A DNA stretch of 24,000 nt, taken from the NCBI RefSeq assembly GCF_022369455.1, contig NZ_CP059599.1, positions 66,409-90,408 of the forward strand, written 5' to 3'. The notes beneath the pieces are model-generated. The model ran no database searches and had not been told where the DNA came from. It saw only the letters and a list, made by a program, of their open reading frames with translations. The translations under genes were made by a program, and so were the position numbers. This document shows positions 1 to 7,812 of this stretch, one piece after another; position 1 is the stretch's first letter, and the number at the start of each line of letters is the position of its first letter. This DNA comes from Campylobacter sp. RM5004 (GTDB lineage: Bacteria; Campylobacterota; Campylobacteria; Campylobacterales; Campylobacteraceae).

Positions 1-17
1 TCTAACGAAGGATTAAA

Positions 18-503
18 ATGGATAAAACTACTAAATTACCAATATTTGGGGTAGGACCTATTTATGTCATAACTTGTCTTTTGCTTACGATTTTTGGACT
101 TCGTTTGGATTATTTTGGTTTTTTAGATTTTGCAAAATTGCCAAAGGCAAGAGCTTTTATGTCTATTTTGGGTAGTATTTTTATCGTTGGTGGTGTTATT
201 TTATGGGTAAAGTCCGTTATATTTTCAAAGATTAGCGAGAAAATCAAATCAGGACTTTTAGTTACAGACGGAGTTTATAGCATAGTAAGAAACCCGATAT
301 ATTCGGCTTTTTTGTTTATTTTCACTGGGGCTTTATTATTTACTTATAATTTTTGTTTATTAGTTTTACCTTTTATTTTCTGGGCTTTTCTTACCATTTT
401 AATGAAAAACACAGAAGAAAAATGGTTACAAGAAAAATTCGGCGACAGTTACACGCAGTATTGCAAAAAAGTAAATAGAATAATCCCATGGTTTAAAAGA
501 TAA
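18..503 (+). CDS. Polytopic membrane methyltransferase, isoprenylcysteine carboxyl methyltransferase (ICMT)/phospholipid methyltransferase family
   Basis: The 161-aa ORF has an RBS (AAGGA) a few nt upstream of the ATG. It has several hydrophobic helices and the family-typical C-terminal core LVTDGVYSIVRNPIYSAFLFIFTG. The family assignment is from motif memory only. Confidence 0.65.
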   Translation: MDKTTKLPIFGVGPIYVITCLLLTIFGLRLDYFGFLDFAKLPKARAFMSILGSIFIVGGVILWVKSVIFSKISEKIKSGLLVTDGVYSIVRNPIYSAFLFIFTGALLFTYNFCLLVLPFIFWAFLTILMKNTEEKWLQEKFGDSYTQYCKKVNRIIPWFKR

Positions 504-545
504 ATTACGGATTTAAATTCTTCTAAAATACACGAAATAAATTCC
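502..545 (+). repeat. Junction repeat copy: 3' part of submotif A (AAATTACGGATTTAAATTC) followed by an exact submotif B (AAAATACACGAAATAAATTC, 525-544)
   Basis: It starts at the stop codon of the 18-503 gene. The B 20-mer is identical to copies at 8425-8444 (+), 15856-15875 (-) and 20860-20879 (-). Confidence 0.8.
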
Positions 546-696
546 ACGATTTAATCCCTATATTTCACGCAACATAACACAAGTTTATGGCTTTAAAGTT
601 TATAAAATTACATTCTAATTTTAATACTATTTTACATTATATTTTATCAAATAAAAGATAGGATAATATGTAAAATATCTCAAAATAAGGATAAAA

Positions 697-2640
697 ATGA
701 GAAGGTTTATAACGGATATTATTTTTATAATCTCATCAATTACTTTTATGATTTATTTGTTTATGGTGTATTTTGCTGACTTTGATACTTTGAATGATGA
801 TTTTTTATATGGTTTTGCTATGTGTTTAGGTGCTACGATTATCGCTCCTTGCTTATGTTTTTTACTTACAAAAGATAAGCCAAAAGCCTATGATGATTCT
901 ATATCAGAAGAAAGCCAAGCGGATATAAAAACCATTGTGGAAACATTTAGCCAAAACAAAACTAAGCATTCCATAGCATTGCTAGGCAAATGGGGTTGTG
1001 GCAAGACATATTTATGGGAGCATTTTATAAGACCAAAAATTGCCATAAAATACGAACTAATCACAGCCAATCTAGCAAAATCAATGGCTATTGTTTGTGG
1101 TTTGTTTTTGCTTGCGTGCTTAAATGATGATTTGATAAAGCTAATTAGAGCTTATTTTTGCGTTAGTTATTTTGACTTTTTTAAGCCTATATTTTTATTT
1201 CCGATACTTTTAGGACTTTTTATTTATATTAGGATTTTTAGTAGCTATAAAAACTCTATTATTTACATAAGTTTATACGGCAAAAATGATTTCAAATCAG
1301 CTATAGATGAGATTTATCAAAAATCACAAGATAGTAAAGACTATCTAATAAGACTTTTAAACGGACTAAGCTCCAAAATCACAGGAATTGAAAATCTATT
1401 TTATAAGCTTGATGAAGACGGCTTTGAAAATAAAATCATTTGCATTGATGATATAGAAAGACGCCCAAAAAGTATGGAGCTAGAAGATGTCTTTGGTTTG
1501 GTATCTCATCTAAAAGAGAGTAAAAAATGCCATGTTTTGGCGATTTTCGGCGAGGGGGTGTATTATGTTGGTGAAAAATCTAAATGGGGTGAGTTAGCTA
1601 GTAAATTTGACAATACACCAAAGCCAGAAAAGCCACAAAAAGACCCCAAAAATACAATTAATTATTTTGTAAATCACGACTTTTTTGAAAAAACTTTTGA
1701 TATAAAAATTGATATGAGTAATAATTATTTTTTACTTCTTTACTTGGTGAGTAAAAGCAGTATAAAATTAAGTCTTAAAGGCAAAGAAGAGCTAATTAAA
1801 TTTATATATGATTTAGAAGAGTATAAAACAGAAGGAACTTCAATACAAGCTAATATTAGGTGGTTTGAAAAAAATTTTCAACAATTTGAAGCAAAATTGA
1901 GAAAATTAAATTTATTAGAGCTTGATAAAGATTTTTTAGAATTTTACTATGCTGATTTTTTCAAGCAAGTTTATGATATATATGATTTTAATTATCCCGA
2001 TGCTAGATATTTTGGTCATGTTTTTTGGTTAGACTGCGAACGCCAAATTACAAATAATTCTTTTGCAACTTTTGATAACTCTTATAGATATTTTATAGAT
2101 TGCTATAAAACCTACGAACACTTAAACGCTATAAAAGAATTTTATGCCGCAAGTGTTGAGATAGATAATTTTTATGATATTTTGAATTATAAAATATTTA
2201 AATTTCAAATACTATTTTTGCTAAGATTAGCCTATGAAGATAAGTGTAATTATAAAGAAGATTTTAGAAAAATATATAAAAATATCCTAAACTATACAAT
2301 CTCAGATTTATCACATTTAAAAAATGTTATCAAGCTACTAAAAAAATACGATTTTACAAAAGATATAAAGTGCAATGAAGAAATAAATTCAAAAATGAGT
2401 GAGCTTATGCATTATAGAAGTGATAAAGTTTATTTTCATCATATTAGTCTTTATAATTTATACAAACTTATACTAAATGATAATTCACAAGGCTTTGAAG
2501 CCATAAACAACTCTTATTTTAAAGTCTCGTTAGAATTGCTCTTAGCTTTATTATTAGACTTTGATACGCAAGATGATGAAAATCATACTGAGGTTATAAA
2601 TAAACTTAAAGAGATTTTAGGGACAAATAGCATTGAATAA
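697..2640 (+). CDS. KAP-family P-loop NTPase with transmembrane helices (Tmn-like candidate defence NTPase)
   Basis: The 647-aa ORF has an RBS AAGGA. Walker A is LLGKWGCGKTYL (GKWGCGKT at nt 985-1008) and Walker B-like is KIICIDDIERR (DD at nt 1447-1452). Two hydrophobic helices lie between Walker A and B (MAIVCGLFLLACL and IFLFPILLGLFIYIRIF), plus two N-terminal helices. A membrane insertion inside the P-loop domain is the KAP hallmark. Confidence 0.7.
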   Translation: MRRFITDIIFIISSITFMIYLFMVYFADFDTLNDDFLYGFAMCLGATIIAPCLCFLLTKDKPKAYDDSISEESQADIKTIVETFSQNKTKHSIALLGKWGCGKTYLWEHFIRPKIAIKYELITANLAKSMAIVCGLFLLACLNDDLIKLIRAYFCVSYFDFFKPIFLFPILLGLFIYIRIFSSYKNSIIYISLYGKNDFKSAIDEIYQKSQDSKDYLIRLLNGLSSKITGIENLFYKLDEDGFENKIICIDDIERRPKSMELEDVFGLVSHLKESKKCHVLAIFGEGVYYVGEKSKWGELASKFDNTPKPEKPQKDPKNTINYFVNHDFFEKTFDIKIDMSNNYFLLLYLVSKSSIKLSLKGKEELIKFIYDLEEYKTEGTSIQANIRWFEKNFQQFEAKLRKLNLLELDKDFLEFYYADFFKQVYDIYDFNYPDARYFGHVFWLDCERQITNNSFATFDNSYRYFIDCYKTYEHLNAIKEFYAASVEIDNFYDILNYKIFKFQILFLLRLAYEDKCNYKEDFRKIYKNILNYTISDLSHLKNVIKLLKKYDFTKDIKCNEEINSKMSELMHYRSDKVYFHHISLYNLYKLILNDNSQGFEAINNSYFKVSLELLLALLLDFDTQDDENHTEVINKLKEILGTNSIE

Positions 2641-2727
2641 TTTGATAGATTTACAGCTTGATACGATATACTTTATCTTTTTTATAATTATGATTTTGTG
2701 TATTTATTCAATGCAAAAGACATTTAG

Positions 2728-2788
2728 AAAAAATACGATTTAAAGGACACAAGATGAAACAAACAAACGAAATTCCGAATTTAAATTC
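2728..2788 (+). repeat. Junction repeat copy: degenerate B (AAAAAATACGATTTAAA) plus submotif A (AAACAAACGAAATTCCGAATTTAAATTC, 2761-2788, 1 mismatch)
   Basis: This is a direct sequence match to the other copies. The ATG of hsdM-A (2754) lies inside the repeat, so A is translated as KQTNEIPNLNS. Confidence 0.8.
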
Positions 2789-4366
2789 TGATATTGAAAC
2801 AATAGAAACCACCGAGCCGACCACAGCGACCGAGCAACAAAAAGCCGAAAAAGAACCGACCACCGAACAAAACCAAACCAACCAAAGCACCGAAGCCACC
2901 CCAACCCCCAAAACCACCACCGCCCAGATAAACGCCAAACTCTGGGACGCGTGCAACACCTTCCGTGGGCTAATGGACGGCAGTGATTACAAAGACTACA
3001 TTCTCACCATGCTATTTATCAAATACCTAAGCGACACCTACACCGAAAAAATCACCGAGCTAAAAGCTGTGGCATCGACTCAGTCTATAAAGCCCTACTA
3101 AATCAACTAGATTTCAAGCTAGAAGAGCACTCAACATTCGCCTACCTACAAGAGCACAAAAACGCCACCAACCTAGGCGAGCTAATCAACACCGCCCTAA
3201 GCAGCCTAGAAACGCTAAACAAAGAAAAGCTAGAAGGCATATTCACCCACATAGATTTCAACAATCCTTCTAAGCTAGGCGACACTCAGCAAAGAAACAC
3301 CACCCTAAAACAGCTCATAAACGACTTTTCAAGCCTTGATTTACGCCCAAGCCGCCTAGAAAACAAAGACATCATAGGCGACGCATACGAGTATCTAATC
3401 GCAAAATTCGCAAGCGATTCAGGCAAAAAGGGCGGCGAGTTTTACACCCCTAGCATGGTGAGCGTCCTACTTGCCGAGCTAGTCGGCATCAAAGACGGCG
3501 AAGAGATATACGACCCTACTTGTGGTTCAGGCTCACTTTTGCTAAAAGCAAGCCAAAAAGGCACAAACAACTTCATCTACGGACAAGAAAAAAACGCCCA
3601 AACCTACGCCCTATGCGTTATGAATATGTTCTTACACAATATCCCAAACCCTAAGATAAAGTGGGGCGACACACTCACAAACCCACTTCACCTAGATGCT
3701 AACGGCGATTTAAGACGCTTTAGCAAAATAGTCGCAAACCCACCTTTTAGCCTTGATAAATGGGGCTATGAAGAGCTAAAGGAAGATAGATTTTCAAGGT
3801 TTAACTACGGTATGCCACCTAAAAGCAAGGGCGATTATGCCTTTTTACTCCACATGATAAAGTCTTTAAAAAACGGCGGAACCTTAGGTGTAGTAATGCC
3901 CCACGGAGTGCTTTTCAGAGGCTCAAGCGAGGGCAAAATAAGGGCAAGTCTTATAAAACAAGGCTACCTAAAAGCCATCATCGGACTTCCAAGCAACCTT
4001 TTTTATGGCACGAGCATACCGGCTTGTATAATGATTTTTAGCAAGGAGCAAAACGAAAAAGTGATTTTCATAGATGCAAGTTCTTGCTATGAAAAAGGCA
4101 AAAACCAAAACACCCTAAAAGACATTGACAAAATCCTAAAAGCCTATCACGGAAACACCGACATAAACGGCTTTTGCAAGGTAGTAAGCCTTGATGAGAT
4201 AGAGCAAAACGACTTCAACCTAAACATACCAAGATATGTAGCAGCAGAAGATGAAACCTTGCAAATTGACTATACCGAACTAAAAGAGCAAATAAACAGC
4301 CTAAACGCCAAGCTAGAACTCTCAAACGCCAAATTACAAGGATACCTAAAGGAGCTAGGATTATGA
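2754..4366 (+). pseudogene. hsdM: Type I R-M DNA methyltransferase subunit HsdM (locus A), disrupted by one frameshift
   Basis: ORF 2754-3101 encodes the HsdM N-terminal domain (LWDACNTFRGLMDGSDYKDYILTMLFIKYLSD) and then hits TAA at 3099-3101. A second frame, open from 2987, continues with YKALLNQLDFKLEEHSTF, GDAYEYLIAKFASDSGKKGGEFYTP, motif I YDPTCGSGSLL and NPPF (3737-3748), up to TGA at 4364-4366. The listed ATG at 3455 is internal. A sequencing error cannot be excluded. Confidence 0.8.
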
Positions 4367-5502
4367 GTATTCCAAAAGGTTGGGAAGAAGTAAGGCTGGG
4401 GGATATTTGTGATAAACTCGGAGATGGCATTCATACTACCCCAAAATACGATGATAATGGGGAGTATTTTTTTATAAACGGCAATAATTTAGAAAATGGC
4501 AAAATAGTTTTCAAAGAAGATACAAAAAGAGCAAGTGAAGAAGAATTTATTAAACATAAAAGAGAGTTAAATGATAGAACAATTCTAGTTTCAATAAACG
4601 GCACTTTGGGAAATGTAGCAACTTATAATAATGAAAAATGTATATTAGGTAAAAGCGCTTGTTATTTTAATGTTTCACAAGGCGTAAGCAAAGAATTTAT
4701 CAAACAAGTTGTAATGCACAGAGATTTTCAAAATTATATAAGACTTTCCGCTACAGGAACAACAATTCCAAATGTTTCGTTGGCTGTAATGAGAACTTAT
4801 AAATTTAAACTCCCACCATTAAAAGAGCAAGAAAAAATCGCTGAGATTTTAAGTAGTTGCGATGAGCATATAAAAAATCTAAAGAATTTGAAATCGGAAT
4901 TAGAAAAAGAAAAACTCCACCTAATGAACGAGCTACTAAGCGGCAAAACCCGTTTTAGTAGCTTCACCACCCCTTGGCAAGAAGTAACTCTCGCCGACAC
5001 TTGCGACATACAAAAAGGGCAACAGCTAAACAAACTTAATTTGCAAGAAAATGGAAAATTCCCCGTAATAAATGGTGGAATAGAGCCATCGGGGTATTAT
5101 GATGAGTTTAACACACAAGAAAATACGATAACCATTAGTGAAGGTGGGAATTCGTGTGGCTATGTTAATTTTTTAACCACTAAATTTTGGAGTGGGGGAC
5201 ATTGTTACACTTTGCAAAATGTAAAAATAGATAATAAATTTTTATATTTTTATTTGAAATATCAAGAAAAAGACATTATGAAATTAAGATTAGGCAGTGG
5301 GTTGCCAAATATTCAAAAAGGCTCAATTTCGGCAGTAATAATAAAATATCCAAGCCTAGAAGAGCAGAAGAAGATAGGGGAAGTCTTAAGTGCGTGTGAT
5401 GAGCGTTTGGAGTGTCTAAACGAGCTAATAACAGCCCAAACCACCCTCAAATCCCACCTCCTCACCGAACTCTTAAGTGGAAATATAAGGGTAAACACCT
5501 AA
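4363..5502 (+). CDS. hsdS: Type I R-M specificity subunit HsdS (locus A)
   Basis: The start overlaps the hsdM stop (ATGA). There are two target-recognition regions separated by conserved helices: LPPLKEQEKIAEILSSCDEHIKNL...LMNELLSGKTRF and YPSLEEQKKIGEVLSACDERLECL...LLTELLSGNIRV. Confidence 0.9.
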   Translation: MSIPKGWEEVRLGDICDKLGDGIHTTPKYDDNGEYFFINGNNLENGKIVFKEDTKRASEEEFIKHKRELNDRTILVSINGTLGNVATYNNEKCILGKSACYFNVSQGVSKEFIKQVVMHRDFQNYIRLSATGTTIPNVSLAVMRTYKFKLPPLKEQEKIAEILSSCDEHIKNLKNLKSELEKEKLHLMNELLSGKTRFSSFTTPWQEVTLADTCDIQKGQQLNKLNLQENGKFPVINGGIEPSGYYDEFNTQENTITISEGGNSCGYVNFLTTKFWSGGHCYTLQNVKIDNKFLYFYLKYQEKDIMKLRLGSGLPNIQKGSISAVIIKYPSLEEQKKIGEVLSACDERLECLNELITAQTTLKSHLLTELLSGNIRVNT

Positions 5503-5545
5503 GCTATCAAGCCCAAGGCAACCCTTAGCCCCAAACCCAAGATAA

Positions 5546-5574
5546 CCCCCACAAAAAAACCTTTTCAGTGGGGG
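5546..5574 (+). terminator. Candidate hairpin downstream of hsdS-A (CCCCCAC-15 nt-GTGGGGG)
   Basis: A perfect 7-bp GC-rich inverted repeat lies 44 nt after the hsdS stop. The loop is long and no U-tract follows, so terminator function is uncertain. Confidence 0.25.
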
Positions 5575-5597
5575 CTTATCCATTCTTTAGATTTTAT

Positions 5598-5690
5598 AAA
5601 TTTCGCTTGTTGGTAGAATTTATTTTATGTATTTTCACCCAAACAAACGAAATTCCTATTTTAAATTCCAAAATACACAAAAATAAATTT
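5598..5690. repeat. Junction repeat cluster: inverted A core (5598-5613), inverted B (5616-5635), forward A (5641-5668), forward B variant (5669-5690)
   Basis: GAATTTATTTTATGTATTTT (5616-5635) is the exact reverse complement of the B variant at 8090-8109. The forward A has 3 mismatches to the consensus. Confidence 0.85.
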
Positions 5691-5849
5691 TATTAAATAT
5701 TTATATTATTTATTAAAAATATTTTTTTAATAATTTTCTAGGAAATATGAGCTAGATTTTAAAAATATAAATGTAAAATCGTGGTATTTGTTTTTAAGTT
5801 TTTTATTTTAAAATGTATTATTAAAATATAGGAAGTTATAGGAGAAATA

Positions 5850-7787
5850 ATGTCAGGTTCTTGTAAAACATATTCTACTAAGATTACTCTAAAAAGTCTA
5901 AAATCAACTAATGCAAAGTCAAATGCTATAATTGAAGCTGTTGCAAATTCTATTGATGCAAATAGTAAAAATATATATATTAATCTTCATAAAGAAACCG
6001 GTGACATTTTTGAAACATACTTTTTATGTATTAATGATGATGGGTGTGGTTTTCCTAGTGATGATAAGGAATTTGGCATTGCTCTGTCTGAATTTATGGT
6101 TTCAAATAAAACTAAAGCAAGGTATGGTAAAAAGGGCAAAGGTAGATACGCTTTTGCTCTTGCTACAGACTCACCATTTGAAGATGGGGCTGTTATTTAT
6201 ACAAAAAGAAATAATGGAATAACAAAAATTAGTTTTAAAACAGATGTGAATGGTAATATTGAATTTAATTGTAGTGAAAGTAGTGAAAGTTTTGAAGATA
6301 ATATTGTTACAAGCGTTATTATAAAAGATTTAAATATTAAGCATTTTCATTTTGATAATATTAAAAGTGATGACATTAAAGAATATCTAACCGTTATTAA
6401 ATCAGATATTATTACTTATTTCGCAGATATTATTGCTTCTGATAGTGTAAGTATATATGTAAATGATGAAAAACTAATTATAGATGACTATTTGATAAGT
6501 AAAGCAAGTGAAACGATTATGCTAGAAGAACAAGAATTTAATGTTGATTATTATATTTGGAACGAAGAGATTAAATTAATTGGTGATAGACAAAAACATA
6601 TGCTATTTTTTGATGGTAGTGGTAGTTTGGTTGCAAAACGACCTTCGGGAGTTGAAAAGGTTGATTGTATAGATTATAAACAGTGTCATACAGCAATTAT
6701 TAAAAGTCAATATCTTAGTGAAATACAAGATGAAATTTTTGATGAGCAGATTTTGATGTCAGATGATATATTAATAAAGCTTTGTAGACAAATAACTTTA
6801 AAATTAAAAGAATTACTTAGGCAAGAATATTTAAAGACCTATAATGTTTCAGTGAATGATTATATCGCAAGAATGGATGTTAAGGTTAAGTTAGATGATA
6901 CAACAGATACAGTTTATAATGCTTTATTAAATCCATTTGTTGAAAAATTTTATGGTAAAAAAATTGGAGATAATTTAAAAACTATTGTTGCAAGACTAAT
7001 TAAGGTTATGATAAATACAAGCTCAGATGAATATTTGGATAATCTTAAGTATATTTTAGATTTAAACGACGAGCAAATAAAAAAATTTGATTATGTTAAT
7101 AAAAATGTAGGGATAATAAAACTTGTTAACAAATATGAAAAATATATTTTAAGGCTTGATTTTTTAAATCATTTTGAAAAAATTGTTTATGGAGAAGAAA
7201 GGCAATATATAAAAGAAAGGACAATGCTTCATAAAGTTGTTGAAAAGAATTTATGGATAATAAATGAAGAGTATGAAACTGTTTCTAAAGAAAATATCAA
7301 TAGTGACGAATCAATAAAGCGTATTATAAAAACAAATAATTTTTTTTCTAGCGATAGTATTAAGTTAGATGAAATTGTTTCTAAAGAAAATATTAGTCTA
7401 GATAAAATACCTGATATTTTTATAACATTTAAAAAAGATAAAGAAATACACATTATTGAATTAAAACGACCTATTGTCAATATAAATCTTGGCATACTTA
7501 GAGAAGTTGAAGATAAATATACAAATGCATTCAATACGCTTTCTCAAGAATATGGCGAAGAAGTAACTATAAAGGCTATGGCAATTTCATCTGAACTTAA
7601 AGATATGACAAAGGATAAAATCATAAAAGACAAAGGGTATGTTATACAGCCAAACACTTGGAGAAATTTAATTAATGGTGCTAGAGATGTATTAGCTCAA
7701 AAATTAGAAAAATTAGACAAGCAAATTAAGCATAGTCAATGGAATGAAATAAAAGAGTTCTTAAGAGATTATGGAGCTAAGGTATAA
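5850..7787 (+). CDS. GHKL (Bergerat-fold) ATPase fused to a C-terminal PD-(D/E)xK nuclease-like domain; function unknown, candidate defence protein
   Basis: The 645-aa ORF has an RBS AGGAG (5840-5844). GHKL motifs appear in order: IEAVANSIDA (E29/N33/D36, nt 5934-5960), DDGCGF (nt 6036-6053) and the Gly-rich YGKKGKGRYAF. The C-terminal motif is IPDIFITF...IHIIELKRP (D522, E537, K539; nt 7410-7466). The gene is markedly AT-rich. Confidence 0.65.
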   Translation: MSGSCKTYSTKITLKSLKSTNAKSNAIIEAVANSIDANSKNIYINLHKETGDIFETYFLCINDDGCGFPSDDKEFGIALSEFMVSNKTKARYGKKGKGRYAFALATDSPFEDGAVIYTKRNNGITKISFKTDVNGNIEFNCSESSESFEDNIVTSVIIKDLNIKHFHFDNIKSDDIKEYLTVIKSDIITYFADIIASDSVSIYVNDEKLIIDDYLISKASETIMLEEQEFNVDYYIWNEEIKLIGDRQKHMLFFDGSGSLVAKRPSGVEKVDCIDYKQCHTAIIKSQYLSEIQDEIFDEQILMSDDILIKLCRQITLKLKELLRQEYLKTYNVSVNDYIARMDVKVKLDDTTDTVYNALLNPFVEKFYGKKIGDNLKTIVARLIKVMINTSSDEYLDNLKYILDLNDEQIKKFDYVNKNVGIIKLVNKYEKYILRLDFLNHFEKIVYGEERQYIKERTMLHKVVEKNLWIINEEYETVSKENINSDESIKRIIKTNNFFSSDSIKLDEIVSKENISLDKIPDIFITFKKDKEIHIIELKRPIVNINLGILREVEDKYTNAFNTLSQEYGEEVTIKAMAISSELKDMTKDKIIKDKGYVIQPNTWRNLINGARDVLAQKLEKLDKQIKHSQWNEIKEFLRDYGAKV

Positions 7788-7812
7788 TTTTTTAGTTTTT
7801 AGTGGAAATTTG

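Noticed and set aside
2683-2688. TATAAT hexamers as promoters (2683-2688 upstream of hsdM-A; 11581-11586 and 11589-11594 upstream of the membrane-protein gene)
   Set aside because: Such hexamers are expected by chance in DNA this AT-rich. Without a transcription start map or a scoring model I cannot support promoter calls.
2708-2959. 83-aa - strand ORF overlapping the start of hsdM-A
   Set aside because: It is an artefact of the 125-nt T-free tract on the + strand, which leaves no A on the - strand and therefore no stop codons. Its translation is a G/V/S/W-rich low-complexity string.
3455-4366. ATG at 3455 as the start of an independent, N-terminally truncated methyltransferase
   Set aside because: The frame is open upstream to 2987 and encodes bona fide HsdM sequence (for example GDAYEYLIAKFASDSGKKGGEFYTP) before this Met. 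The Met is therefore internal to a frameshifted gene.
5932-6222. 96-aa + strand ORF in an alternative frame inside the GHKL gene
   Set aside because: It overlaps the region encoding the ordered GHKL motifs in the main frame. It has no RBS and a hydrophobic nonsense-like translation.
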